A stretch of DNA of 64,000 bases from Capsulimonadaceae bacterium (GTDB taxonomy: Bacteria > Armatimonadota > Armatimonadia > Armatimonadales > Capsulimonadaceae). A program made the translations under genes and the position numbers. The stretch covers positions 3,520,001 through 3,584,000 of the forward strand of contig OZ244065.1 of NCBI GenBank assembly GCA_965215505.1, written 5' to 3'. Below, piece by piece: positions 18,197 to 27,846 of the stretch. The notes beneath the pieces are model-generated. The model saw only the letters and a list, made by a program, of their open reading frames with translations, did no database searches and was not told the origin of the DNA. How positions within the stretch are numbered: the first letter of the stretch is position 1; every line of letters starts with the position of its first letter.

Positions 18197-19210
18197 ATGC
18201 ACTTTTCTCCCCATCGACCCGGCGGCCTCGCCGCTCTCGCCGCCTTGGGCCTGGCCGCCCTTGCGCCCACGCCCGCCCGCGCCCAGACTCAGGACCTGTT
18301 CGTGTCCAACTTGAACAGCAACACCATCAGCCGCTTCGCCGGGACCGGGCCGGGCGCGTTCAGCACGACCGCCACGGCCATCACCGGCCTGAGCAACCCG
18401 AGGGGCCTGGCCTTCGATGCCAAAGGCGACCTGTTCGCCGCAAACCTCAACAACACCATCACGGAGTTCGCCTCGACGGGCGCGGGCACCTTCGGGGCCG
18501 GCACGACCTTCAGTGCCCCCAGCCTGGACAACCCACAGGGCCTGGCCTTCGATGCCAAGGGCGACCTGTTCGCCGCAAACCTTAACAGCGGCGGCATCAC
18601 CGAGTTCGCCGCCACGCCGGCAGGCACCCTCGGGCCGGGCACGACTGTCGTGACCCAGAACCACCCGGACAGCCTGGCCTTAGACGCCAAAGGCGACCTG
18701 TTCACCGCGAACCTCAACAACAACACCATCACGGAGTTCGCCTCGACGGGCGCGGGCACCTTCGGGCCGGGCCAGACCGTCGCGCTCCAGTACGACCCGA
18801 GCGGTCTGGCCTTCGACGCCAAAGGCGACCTGTTCACCGCGGACTTCGACAACGGCATCAGCGGCCAGGGCAGCATCACGGAGTTCGTCTCGACGGGCGC
18901 GGGCACCTTCGGGCCGGGCCAGACCTTCACCACCGGCCTGAACGGGCCGTCGGCCCTGGCCTTCGACGCGGGCGGCGACCTGTTCACCACATCCGGGGGC
19001 AGCGTCATTGAATTCGCCGCGACGGGGGCGGGCACGTTCGGGACGGGCACGACCGTTGAAACCGGAGCGAGCGCGCCGGTCGGCCTGGCCTTCAGCCCGC
19101 CGCCCGCCCCGAACGTGCCCGCCGTGCCGGAGCCGTCCTCCGCCTTCGCCTTCGCCTGCGGCGGCCTGGGCCTGCTCGGATTGGCCCTGCGCCCCCGGAA
19201 GACGGCCTAG
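18197..19210 (+). CDS. PEP-CTERM protein with NHL-like repeats
   Basis: Signal peptide, repeated P.GLAFDAKGDLF.AN units, VPEPS-TM-RPRK. Confidence 0.88.
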   Translation: MHFSPHRPGGLAALAALGLAALAPTPARAQTQDLFVSNLNSNTISRFAGTGPGAFSTTATAITGLSNPRGLAFDAKGDLFAANLNNTITEFASTGAGTFGAGTTFSAPSLDNPQGLAFDAKGDLFAANLNSGGITEFAATPAGTLGPGTTVVTQNHPDSLALDAKGDLFTANLNNNTITEFASTGAGTFGPGQTVALQYDPSGLAFDAKGDLFTADFDNGISGQGSITEFVSTGAGTFGPGQTFTTGLNGPSALAFDAGGDLFTTSGGSVIEFAATGAGTFGTGTTVETGASAPVGLAFSPPPAPNVPAVPEPSSAFAFACGGLGLLGLALRPRKTA

Positions 19211-19211
19211 C

Positions 19212-19250
19212 AAGAGGCCCCCGGCCAGTCATGGCCGGGAGCCTCTTTTT
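19212..19250 (+). terminator. Rho-independent terminator
   Basis: aagaggc-ccggcca...tggccgg-gcctcttttt. Confidence 0.65.
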
Positions 19251-19285
19251 CTTGCGATCCTTATTTTTCTTGCGATCATCGCTTT

Positions 19286-19301
19286 TGGCATGATTCATGC
19301 A
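19286..19301 (+). promoter_or_regulatory. sigma54 promoter
   Basis: TGGCATGATTCATGCA. Confidence 0.65.
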
Positions 19302-19400
19302 GTACGGTGTTAATACCGGCATCCCGAACCACCCCCGCCGCAGGCGATCGTGCCTTGTTCTACTTTTTGTCCTCACCCTTCGCACGAAAGGAACAGCGTC

Positions 19401-19667
19401 ATGTCCACCGTAGCCGACGAAGTACGCCCCCGGAAACACTTCACCGCCGCCGAGATCGAGGCCGAACTCGCGGTGGCCCCACACCTCATCGCCCCGCTGA
19501 CCTGCCAGGAGTTGTGCGGCGAGATCCAGAACGACATGGACACCCTCCAGAACCTGGAGGATTTCCCGGCCAACCAGCGCGCGCGCGTCCGCATAGGGCT
19601 GCTGCGGGCCATCGTCGCACTCCGCCACCAACTGAAGCAGCAGCACTGCCCGGATTGTCAGGACTGA
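19401..19667 (+). CDS. Small Cys-containing hypothetical protein
   Basis: RBS aaagga, 88 aa, CQELC and CPDC motifs. Confidence 0.6.
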   Translation: MSTVADEVRPRKHFTAAEIEAELAVAPHLIAPLTCQELCGEIQNDMDTLQNLEDFPANQRARVRIGLLRAIVALRHQLKQQHCPDCQD

Positions 19668-19867
19668 CAGCGGGTGCCCGCCCCGGAGTGCCCGGCGTTA
19701 AACCGCCGGTCTCCACGGAGAGGCCGCCCGCTTCGGGGCTTCGGATCATTCGTTTCGGATCATTCGGGCGGCAGCCTTCGGTCTGCGTAGGGGCGGGCAG
19801 CCGCCCCTACATGGCCTGGGGGGACATCGCCCGACGGCGCTGACGCGGGCACACGCGCCGGGCCACG

Positions 19868-19954
19868 CCGTCATCGCCTCCCCACCCGTCATCGCCTCCC
19901 CACCCGTCATCGCCTCCCCACCCGTCATCGCCTCCCCACCCGTCATCGCCTCCC
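19868..19954. repeat. 18-bp tandem repeat, about 5 copies
   Basis: ccgtcatcgcctccccac units with no spacers. Confidence 0.9.
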
Positions 19955-20054
19955 CCCTCAAGATTTACTCCCCCTCTGCCGACTATCCTGCTGAGTCTGC
20001 ACGTCCGCCCCAGTGCGCGGCGGACGCTTGAACACGGGGATGGGAGACTTCTTA

Positions 20055-22154
20055 ATGGCTAATCTTAATCGGGCCGGGCTTACTCGCGCTGATATTACTC
20101 GCATGGGCCGGACGGGCGTGGCGGCGCTTGCGGCCCTGCTGGGCGCGGCGGGGTCCTGCTCGGCGGCGGGCTACGTCGTCCTGAACACGGCGAGCAGCGG
20201 GGCCGGGTCGCTGGCGGCGGCTTTGGCGGCGGCCTCGGCGGACAGCGACAGCGCGGACACGATCACCTTTGACCCCACCGTCACGGGCACTATCCCGACG
20301 GGCGGGGCGGAGCTTGCCATCGGCAAGAGCGTGACGATCGCGGGGCCGGGCGCGGACGTCCTGGCGATTGACGCGGGCGGGTCGGGCCGGGTCTTCGACA
20401 TCACCTCGGCCTCGGCCACGGTCGCCATTTCCGGCCTGACCCTCGCGAACGGGAACGTCTCCGGCGTCGGCAGCGGCTACGGCGGGGGCATCTACAGCCA
20501 GGGGGCGCTGACCGTCACCGCCTGCGCGTTCACCGGCGACGGCGCGGACTTCGGCGGCGGGCTTTACAACGACGGCGGCACGGTCAGCGTCGCCGGGTGT
20601 ACCTTCTCCGGCGACACGGCGGGCAGCTACGGCGGCGGCCTGTTCAACGGCGGCGGCACGGCGGTCGTCACGGACAGCACCTTCAGCGGCGACGCGGCGG
20701 GGGTGAGCGGCGGCGCGCTTGGCAACCTGGACACGGTCGCCGTCGCCGGCGTCACCTTCTCCGGCGATGCGGCGGGCACGGCGGGCGGCGCGGTCGCGAA
20801 CTACGGCACGCTGACCGTCACGGCCTCCCTGTTCGCGGGGAGTGCGGGCGGCGACAGTGACCCGAGCGGCACCCCGGCGGCCTCGGGCGGCTCCAACCTG
20901 CTCGGGGACGCGGACGGCAACGGGTTTGTCGGCGGCACGAACTACGACCAGACCGGCGTCGCCAACGCCCTGCTCGGGCCTTTGGCCGCGAACGGCGGGC
21001 CGACCCAGACCTGCGCGGTCTTCGCGGGGTCCCCGGCCATCGGCGGCGACCACAGCGGCGCGACGGCGGCCGACCAGCGCGGGACGGCCCGCGCGTCCCG
21101 CACCATCGGGTCCTTCGAGTATGTCGCGCCCGCCCCGGTCGTCCCGCCCGCCCCGGCCGTCCGCACCCACCTGCTGTGGGACAACACCGACGGGCGGGCC
21201 ATGCTCTGGAACGTGGACGCGGCGGGCGGCGTCACCCTCAGCGGCTTCGGGCCGTACACCGACGGTGCCCCGCAGAACAAGTGGGTCGCGACGGCCCTCG
21301 CGACCGGGCCGGACGGCATGAACCACGTCCTGTGGAACAACACCGACGGCCGCGTCATGCTCTGGACCGTGGACAACGCGGGCAACTTCACCCTGGCCGG
21401 CTACGGCCCCTACACCGACGACAGCGTCGGCAATGACCCCACGGTCAACAAGTGGCACGCCGTCGGCGTCTCGGTCGGCCCGGACAACGTGACGCACCTG
21501 CTGTGGGACAACACCGACGGCCGCGTCATGCTGTGGGACGTGGACCCCGCCTTCAGCTTCACCGTGGCGGGCTACGGCCCCTACACCGACGACAGCGTCG
21601 GCGGCGACCCCACGGTCAACAAGTGGGTCGCGGCGGCGGTCGCCACCGGCCCGGACAATGTCACCCGCCTGCTGTGGGACAACACCGACGGCCGCGTCAT
21701 GCTGTGGAACGTCGCCCCGGACTTCACCTTCACCCTGGCCGGCTACGGGCCGTACACGGACAACGCCCCGCAGAACAAGTGGTACGCCGCCGGCGTCTCG
21801 GTCGGCGCGGACAACACGACGCACCTGCTGTGGGACAACACGGACAGCCGGGTCATGCTGTGGGACGTGGACAGCTCCTACGGCTTCACCCTGGCCGGCT
21901 TCGGCCCGTACACGGATGACAGCGTCGGCGGCGACCCCAGCGTCAACAAGTGGTACGCGGCGGCCCTCGCGACCGGCCCCGACAACGTGACGCGCCTGGC
22001 CTGGGACAACACGGACAGCCGGGTCATGCTGTGGGACGTTGACCCCGCCTTCAGCTTCACCGTGGCGGGCTACGGCCCCTACACCGACGACAGCGTCGGC
22101 GGCGACCCCAGCGCCAACAAATGGTACGCCGTCGGCGTCTCCGCAGCCCCGTAG
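20055..22154 (+). CDS. Secreted beta-helix (choice-of-anchor Q-like) protein with six C-terminal THLLWDN repeats
   Basis: Signal peptide, GGGIY/FSGD repeats, LGPLAANGGPTQT...SPAI...DQRG...IGSFE, then six repeats. Confidence 0.82.
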   Translation: MANLNRAGLTRADITRMGRTGVAALAALLGAAGSCSAAGYVVLNTASSGAGSLAAALAAASADSDSADTITFDPTVTGTIPTGGAELAIGKSVTIAGPGADVLAIDAGGSGRVFDITSASATVAISGLTLANGNVSGVGSGYGGGIYSQGALTVTACAFTGDGADFGGGLYNDGGTVSVAGCTFSGDTAGSYGGGLFNGGGTAVVTDSTFSGDAAGVSGGALGNLDTVAVAGVTFSGDAAGTAGGAVANYGTLTVTASLFAGSAGGDSDPSGTPAASGGSNLLGDADGNGFVGGTNYDQTGVANALLGPLAANGGPTQTCAVFAGSPAIGGDHSGATAADQRGTARASRTIGSFEYVAPAPVVPPAPAVRTHLLWDNTDGRAMLWNVDAAGGVTLSGFGPYTDGAPQNKWVATALATGPDGMNHVLWNNTDGRVMLWTVDNAGNFTLAGYGPYTDDSVGNDPTVNKWHAVGVSVGPDNVTHLLWDNTDGRVMLWDVDPAFSFTVAGYGPYTDDSVGGDPTVNKWVAAAVATGPDNVTRLLWDNTDGRVMLWNVAPDFTFTLAGYGPYTDNAPQNKWYAAGVSVGADNTTHLLWDNTDSRVMLWDVDSSYGFTLAGFGPYTDDSVGGDPSVNKWYAAALATGPDNVTRLAWDNTDSRVMLWDVDPAFSFTVAGYGPYTDDSVGGDPSANKWYAVGVSAAP

Positions 22155-22194
22155 GCGCGGCGCGGCACAGAGCGGCATAGGCACATAGGCAGGC

Positions 22195-22234
22195 AAAGGG
22201 CGCGGCTTCCTGGGAAGGAGGCCGCGCCCTTTTT
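22195..22234 (+). terminator. Rho-independent terminator
   Basis: aaagggcgcggc...gccgcgcccttttt. Confidence 0.75.
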
Positions 22235-22270
22235 CGTCGGGGGCCATCAGGCCACGCCGGGGCCATCGGT

Positions 22271-22511
22271 CCCGGCCCTGAAGGGCCGGTCTAAGGTTTT
22301 ATTAGGGTATTCCCGGCTCCGCCGGTGGGCCGCCCCTTCGGGGCTTCGGAGGGCATTGTTCGGACAGCGTGATGCGGGATAACGCCGTCCAGGCCTTGTA
22401 GGGGCGCTGCTTGCCGCGCCCTCCTGTTATCACCGCGCCCCCACTCTCCGAAGCCCCGAAGCGGGCGGCCCACCGGCGGAGCCGGGAGGAGACCGGCCCT
22501 TCAGGGCCGGG
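22271..22511. repeat. Composite family B element with a central GTAG REP
   Basis: Same architecture as 1587-1798. Confidence 0.75.
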
Positions 22512-22809
22512 TCAGACTGGCTTCACGCCCGCGCCGGGGACGAAAACGGGCGCGGCCCCCACTTCGAGGACCGCGCCCACCGGCTTCGTTCGGCCTGCAC
22601 CGCCTAGACGGCGGCCAAACGGCCCTCCCGCGCCCCGGTGGCGCGGGGGCCGCGTAGCCGTTCTCGATGACGGCCCGAATCCAGACCCCTTTGAGTTCGC
22701 GCAGGTTTCTCAGCGCCTCCTCCGGCGTGTCCCCGTCGGCGGCGCAGCCGACGAACTCGACGATCTCGGCCACATAGCACCCGTCACTCGGACTATGATA
22801 GACTCTCAC
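22501..22809 (-). pseudogene. hicB: HicB-like antitoxin, probably degenerate
   Basis: YHS.SDGCYVAEI.EF.GC.ADGDTPEEALRNL. The start and C-terminus are unclear. Confidence 0.65.
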
Positions 22810-22822
22810 CTCGTAGCCATCC

Positions 22823-23026
22823 CTAACACTTTGTCGTCTCCTGTGTACAGCGCCAGGGCGTCCCGGACCTGGGCGACCTGGTAGGACTTCGCCTTGCCGT
22901 CCCGGCGCGGCTGGACGTTGACCGCCACGGGACCAGCGGGTGCTTGTAAACCCGGTGGCTCGTCCCCCGGCTGAACTGCTCCAGAGAGTAGATCAACTCC
23001 GCGAAGCCGACATTGTAGAACATCAA
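22823..23026 (-). pseudogene. hicA: HicA-like toxin, frameshifted
   Basis: GTSHRVYKHP in one frame continues as VNVQPRRDGKAKSYQVAQV in another. Confidence 0.65.
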
Positions 23027-23050
23027 GCAGGAAGACAGCGGCCCGATGCC

Positions 23051-23101
23051 GAAATCACACCCGGAAAGAAATCATACCCGGAAAGAAATCATACCCGGAA
23101 A
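23051..23101 (+). repeat. 17-bp direct repeat x3 ending at the MTase start codon
   Basis: gaaatca(c/t)acccggaaa x3. Confidence 0.9.
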
Positions 23102-24165
23102 TGAGCTACCGCGCCACGACACTGAGCTACATAAACGGCCCCACGGTGGACCCCCTGTTCATCACGGGGGAAACCTGTGCGGTTTTAAGGGAACTCCCGG
23201 ATGACACCATAGACTTCTGCATGACCTCGCCGCCCTACTGGGGCCAGCGTGAATATCCCTCCGGTGGGGTAGGCGAGGAGAAGACGCCCGCCGAGTATAA
23301 AGCGAATCTGCTCGCGATCTTCGCGCAGGTCCACCGGATACTAAAGCCGACCGGCTCGTTCTGGCTGAACATCGGCGACACCTACCAGGGCAAGGGGCTG
23401 CTGGGCCTCCCCTGGCGCATCGCGCTGGCGATGATCGACGAGCAGGGCTGGGTACTCAGGAACAGCGTCATCTGGGACAAGATCAAGGGCGGCCTCGACC
23501 AGTCCGGCGACAGGCTGCGGAATGTGCATGAGGACGTGTTTCACTTCACCAAAAAGGCCCAGGGCTTCTACTATGATGTGAACGCGATCAAGGCCGACCC
23601 CCGGAAGTCGAAGGTCGTGAACGGCGCGGTCGTCTCGGCGACCGGGGTTTCGGGGAAGCGGTATAAGAGGCAGATCGAACTCTCCACCGCCCTGAGCGAA
23701 GCGGAAAAAGGGGCGGCACTGGCGGCACTGGCGGGTGTGCTGGACGACGTGCGGGGCGGGAGGCTGAACGACTTCCGCATGGTGATCCGTGGCCAGCACC
23801 GGACGACCCACTCCGACTCTGCGCGCGTGTCGGGCCGAGCGAAAGAACTCCAGGAGAGGGGGTTCTACTTCCTGAAATACGACCCGAAAGGCACGAAGCC
23901 GACCGACCTCTGGGCGATTCTGCCCGAGGATGCGCCGGGGAGAAGTCTCGGCGGGAAGTCACCCCATTACGCCCCCTACCCGGAAGAACTGTGCCTCATC
24001 CCGCTCCTCGCCACCTGCCCACCGGACGGCATCGCTCTGGACATGTTTTGCGGGACGGGAACGACGAACGCCGTCGCGCGACGCCTCGGGCGGAAGTCCA
24101 TCGGCATTGATCTTTCCGCCGAATACACCTCATACGCCAGGGAAAGGGCGAGGCAGCCATCATGA
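23101..24165 (+). CDS. DNA methyltransferase, N4/N6 beta class
   Basis: TSPPYW motif precedes the DMFCGTGT motif. Confidence 0.92.
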   Translation: MSYRATTLSYINGPTVDPLFITGETCAVLRELPDDTIDFCMTSPPYWGQREYPSGGVGEEKTPAEYKANLLAIFAQVHRILKPTGSFWLNIGDTYQGKGLLGLPWRIALAMIDEQGWVLRNSVIWDKIKGGLDQSGDRLRNVHEDVFHFTKKAQGFYYDVNAIKADPRKSKVVNGAVVSATGVSGKRYKRQIELSTALSEAEKGAALAALAGVLDDVRGGRLNDFRMVIRGQHRTTHSDSARVSGRAKELQERGFYFLKYDPKGTKPTDLWAILPEDAPGRSLGGKSPHYAPYPEELCLIPLLATCPPDGIALDMFCGTGTTNAVARRLGRKSIGIDLSAEYTSYARERARQPS

Positions 24166-25112
24166 GCGCGAAGGAGGGCAGGACGAAAGGGAGCGGACGC
24201 GGCATCACGGAGCTTTACACCCTCCCGACACTCCGGCAGGGGGTGGATTGGGCCGCAACGATCCAGGAGCAGGACTGCCGCTACATCGGCAAACGCTGCG
24301 CCAAGCGCCGCAAGACGGAGCCGGACGTCAGCATCGGCACTTGCACCGTCGGGTACAACTCCAAGAACCCCAAGAACATCATCATCTGCCCGTTCCGCTT
24401 CTTGGAGCGCCGGCAGGTGTTTACGCACTGCCTCCACCTGCTCACCCATACCGAGCCGGGGGATGAGCATCACGTCGTCTCGGAGGTCACTATTCCAGGC
24501 GGCAGCGTGGACTACTGCCTTGTCGCCACGCGGAAGGGGAGGGTGATCGACTTCGTGGGCATCGAACTCCAGGCCGTGGACACGACCGGAACGGTCTGGC
24601 CGACGCGGCAGCAGTTCCTGTCTTCGCTGGGCCTGGCGGGAGCGCCGCCGGAAGACAAGAGCTACGGCATGAACTGGAAGATGAGCGGCAAAACCATCCT
24701 CGTCCAGCTCCACCACAAGGTGGAGACGTTCGAGCATGTGGGGCGTCACTTCGTACTCGTAGTCCAGGACCATTTCCTTGATGAGATGGTGAAAAGCTTT
24801 TCCTTCGACCACATCGGGCCTGCCAAGATCGGGGACACGATGCACTTCCACTCGTGCTCGCTGACGGAGCAGAACACAGGTTCTCAGAGCGCAAGCTACA
24901 AGCTGGAACTCACCAAAAGGATCAGCACGGACAGTGCGGGTGTCCAGACCAGCCTCGGCAACGCCGCAGAAGCAAGGATAGAGCTTGCCGTCATCCTCTC
25001 CACCCTCCAGGAGAAGATTGATAAGGCCCTCTACACGACCCTCCTCTCGGTCACTGACGAAACCCTCCCGACCCCGACGGCGGCCACGAAGCCCGAACTG
25101 CTCGAAGAATAA
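24162..25112 (+). CDS. NotI-family-like type II restriction endonuclease
   Basis: C....C.K...GTC...CPFRF Cys cluster and VDY...IELQ PD-(D/E)xK-like core. ATGA overlap with the MTase. Confidence 0.72.
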   Translation: MSAKEGRTKGSGRGITELYTLPTLRQGVDWAATIQEQDCRYIGKRCAKRRKTEPDVSIGTCTVGYNSKNPKNIIICPFRFLERRQVFTHCLHLLTHTEPGDEHHVVSEVTIPGGSVDYCLVATRKGRVIDFVGIELQAVDTTGTVWPTRQQFLSSLGLAGAPPEDKSYGMNWKMSGKTILVQLHHKVETFEHVGRHFVLVVQDHFLDEMVKSFSFDHIGPAKIGDTMHFHSCSLTEQNTGSQSASYKLELTKRISTDSAGVQTSLGNAAEARIELAVILSTLQEKIDKALYTTLLSVTDETLPTPTAATKPELLEE

Positions 25113-25152
25113 CAGCGGGAGAGGGACGGGCGAGGGCTTTCCCGCTTCCCCC

Positions 25153-26652
25153 CTACCGCCCCGATGCCCCGTACAGCCGGTCGAACACCTGCGCGGGGTC
25201 GTAAGGCAGGGGGGTGTTTCCCGCCCCGCCGTTCCAGGCGCATTCGGCGGCTTGGACGAAGGCGACGAACTGGGCCTTCTCGTGCCTGAAATTGGCCTCG
25301 GACGAGTTGAAGCCCGCCCAGGTCGTCTCCAGAAGGCCGCGCTCATGGCCCGCCGAAAGCGCCGAGCCGAAGCTCGGGATGTTGCCGGCCTCGAACCAGG
25401 TCGCGCCGATGATCGGGCCGAAGCCCGCCCCGCGCAGCACGCCGAGGCTTGCGAACGGCCCGCTGCCCCTATAGTGCCAGTCGGTCAGGACGATGTCGTG
25501 CGGCAGGCGGGTCCGCATCTGACGCGCCTGTTCGGCCGACGGCGCGGAGACGGCATCGGCGGCCTCCCCTTGGGCCAGCAGCATGTCCCCCCACAGCATG
25601 GTGCGGACGTGCCGCGCCTTCAGGTGGTCGTGGGCGCGCGTCACCTGCGCGACATAGGCGTCCGCCAATGTGGGGAACTGGGCGCGGCTGCGGTACGGGT
25701 AGCGCCCGCGCAGGGCCACCTCGTCCCCGCCGATGTGCAGGGCGGACGACCCGAAGGTGTCCAAAACCTCGTCGTACAGCCTGAACAGGAACTTGTCGGT
25801 GGCGGGGGAGGCGACATAGGCCGCGTAGGGGGTCTGCGGGTCCTCGGCCAAGGCGAGGTTCGCGCCGCCCTCGAACGCCCACGGCATGTGGCCGACCGAG
25901 TTGACCAGGGGCGTCACGGCCAGGCCGTAGCGGCGGGCGAAGGCGACCTCGGTTTTGAGGTCGGCCTTGGACATGCCCCAGGACGGCGCGGCCTTGCCCA
26001 ATGTCGTCCACTTGGCCTGCTCGCATTCAAGCACCAGGGCGTTCATCTTGAGCCGGGCGAAGACCCGCGCGATCAGCTTCTCGTGGAACGGCAGGGCGTG
26101 GTCGCCGACGAACAGGTGCGCCCCGCGCCACCCCAGGGAGGGGTAGTCGCTGATGCGCGCGCCGCTGACATAGACCCCGCCCGCGTCCCGCCCCAGCATC
26201 TGACAGAGCGTTTGTGCCCCGTAGAAGGTCCCGGCGGGGTCATGGCCGGCCACGACCGCCCCGCCCGGCCCGGCGGCCAGTGCGTACCCCTCCGCCCGAT
26301 CCGGCGGGCCACCGCTCGACTCCCCAAACGCAATCACCGGGCCGCCGCGCAGGCCGCCCGGCGCGACCAACGGGTCGCCGCCTGCCGTGCGGATGGGCAG
26401 CAGGGGCAGGCCGAAATGCGCGTGCAGCTCGGCCTGCACCGACAAGGCCGCCATCCGGTCCATCCGGCCCGCTTCAGGGGCGAGCAGGAGCCGCGTGTGG
26501 GCATTGATCCGCAGCCGCAGGCCGGTCCACACGACGCTCTTGGGGCGGGGGATGAGCAGGGGGGCGTCGGCCCTCGCCCTCGGCAGGGGCGCGAGGGCGG
26601 CAAGGCAGGGGACGGCGAGGGCCAGGAGGCAGGCGGGAAGTTTGATGGGCAT
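25153..26652 (-). CDS. GH20 beta-N-acetylhexosaminidase
   Basis: LIPRP, ISDYPSLGWRG, HIGGDE, MLWGDML. Confidence 0.88.
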   Translation of the reverse strand: MPIKLPACLLALAVPCLAALAPLPRARADAPLLIPRPKSVVWTGLRLRINAHTRLLLAPEAGRMDRMAALSVQAELHAHFGLPLLPIRTAGGDPLVAPGGLRGGPVIAFGESSGGPPDRAEGYALAAGPGGAVVAGHDPAGTFYGAQTLCQMLGRDAGGVYVSGARISDYPSLGWRGAHLFVGDHALPFHEKLIARVFARLKMNALVLECEQAKWTTLGKAAPSWGMSKADLKTEVAFARRYGLAVTPLVNSVGHMPWAFEGGANLALAEDPQTPYAAYVASPATDKFLFRLYDEVLDTFGSSALHIGGDEVALRGRYPYRSRAQFPTLADAYVAQVTRAHDHLKARHVRTMLWGDMLLAQGEAADAVSAPSAEQARQMRTRLPHDIVLTDWHYRGSGPFASLGVLRGAGFGPIIGATWFEAGNIPSFGSALSAGHERGLLETTWAGFNSSEANFRHEKAQFVAFVQAAECAWNGGAGNTPLPYDPAQVFDRLYGASGR

Positions 26653-26704
26653 GGGTCATTGTAGCAGAACGGCGCGCGGAGGGCAACCCGGCGCGGGCGA
26701 ACCG

Positions 26705-26805
26705 GGCGCGGCGTGTCGGCCCGGGCGCGGCGTGTCGGCCCCGGCGCGGCGTGTCGGCCCCGGCGCGGCGTGTCGGCCCCGGCGCGGCGTGTCGGCCCCG
26801 GCGCG
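26705..26805. repeat. ~19-bp tandem repeat, about 5 copies
   Basis: ggcgcggcgtgtcggcccc units next to the family B element at 26818. Confidence 0.9.
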
Positions 26806-26928
26806 GCGGCCATCATGACCCGGCCCTGGAGGGCCGGTCTAAGGTTTTATTAGGGTATTCCCGGCTTCGCCGGGTCTTATCCATGGCGAATGCATCGCCC
26901 CGCGCAATCCGCCCCGCACGCCCCTTCC

Positions 26929-27819
26929 TCACCGCCCCTTCCTCCCTTTCCCCTGCAACGCCGCCCGCACCGCTGACGCCGACACGCTGGCCGCGACCGG
27001 GTTGCCCGGCGCGTCCGCCCCCGCGCCCAGATGGACGCGGACGCGCATCCCCGGCTGGAGGTCCGCCAGCGCCGCCGCCTTTCCCGCCGATCGGATGCGC
27101 GTCGCCGCGTCTATGGCGACGGTATGCGCCAGGCCCGAGGCGTCCTGGAATGTCAGCAGGCTGAGGTCGGGCCGGGCCTCAGTGATGACGCCGGACAGCG
27201 CGACGGGCCGGGAGGCGGGGCCGTCACCCGTCGGAGCGGGCGCGTCCGGCAGCGCGTCCGAGACGGACACCGCCGCCAGGAGGCCGTTCGCCAGGCCGCG
27301 CGTCGTGACCGTCACGGATGCCCCCGGCCCGAAGGCGGAAGCCGACACCGCCGCGCCGCCCGCCCGGAAGGAGGTGCGCGGCGAAATCAGGACCGGCAGG
27401 GGGACATCGCCGCCGTCCGGCTGCACCGTCCAGACCCTCCCCTCCACGCCCAGCAGGGTGCCGGACAGCGGGCGGCCACGGGCGGCAAGGGCATCGGCCG
27501 TCTCGGCGTCGCAGACCAGCAGGGCCGCGCCGCCCGCGCCGCGCCCCAGCCGCACCCGCAGTGTCTCGCCGGGCATCAGGTCACGCGGCAGGGTGACCAG
27601 CCCGCGCTGCAAGACCCAGGTGGCGCGCGTGAGCTTGACCGTGAGCGCGCGGCCGTCTGCGCCCTGGACTTGGAGGGCGTTCGGGCCTGCCGACAGCAGA
27701 GTGACGGCCAGATCGGAGACGGGCAGGGGCCGCGCGGGCGCGGGTGAACCGCCACGGGCGAGTGAGAAGAGGAGCAGGAATAAGGCCGGCAGGGGCCGGC
27801 GGGACCGTCCGTGGGGCAT
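26929..27819 (-). CDS. Secreted DUF5666-like repeat protein
   Basis: Signal peptide and three OB-like repeats (T.I......DL.PG.RV.V). Confidence 0.65.
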   Translation of the reverse strand: MPHGRSRRPLPALFLLLFSLARGGSPAPARPLPVSDLAVTLLSAGPNALQVQGADGRALTVKLTRATWVLQRGLVTLPRDLMPGETLRVRLGRGAGGAALLVCDAETADALAARGRPLSGTLLGVEGRVWTVQPDGGDVPLPVLISPRTSFRAGGAAVSASAFGPGASVTVTTRGLANGLLAAVSVSDALPDAPAPTGDGPASRPVALSGVITEARPDLSLLTFQDASGLAHTVAIDAATRIRSAGKAAALADLQPGMRVRVHLGAGADAPGNPVAASVSASAVRAALQGKGRKGR

Positions 27820-27846
27820 GGGGGCATCCTTTCAGTGGTGGGCGTC

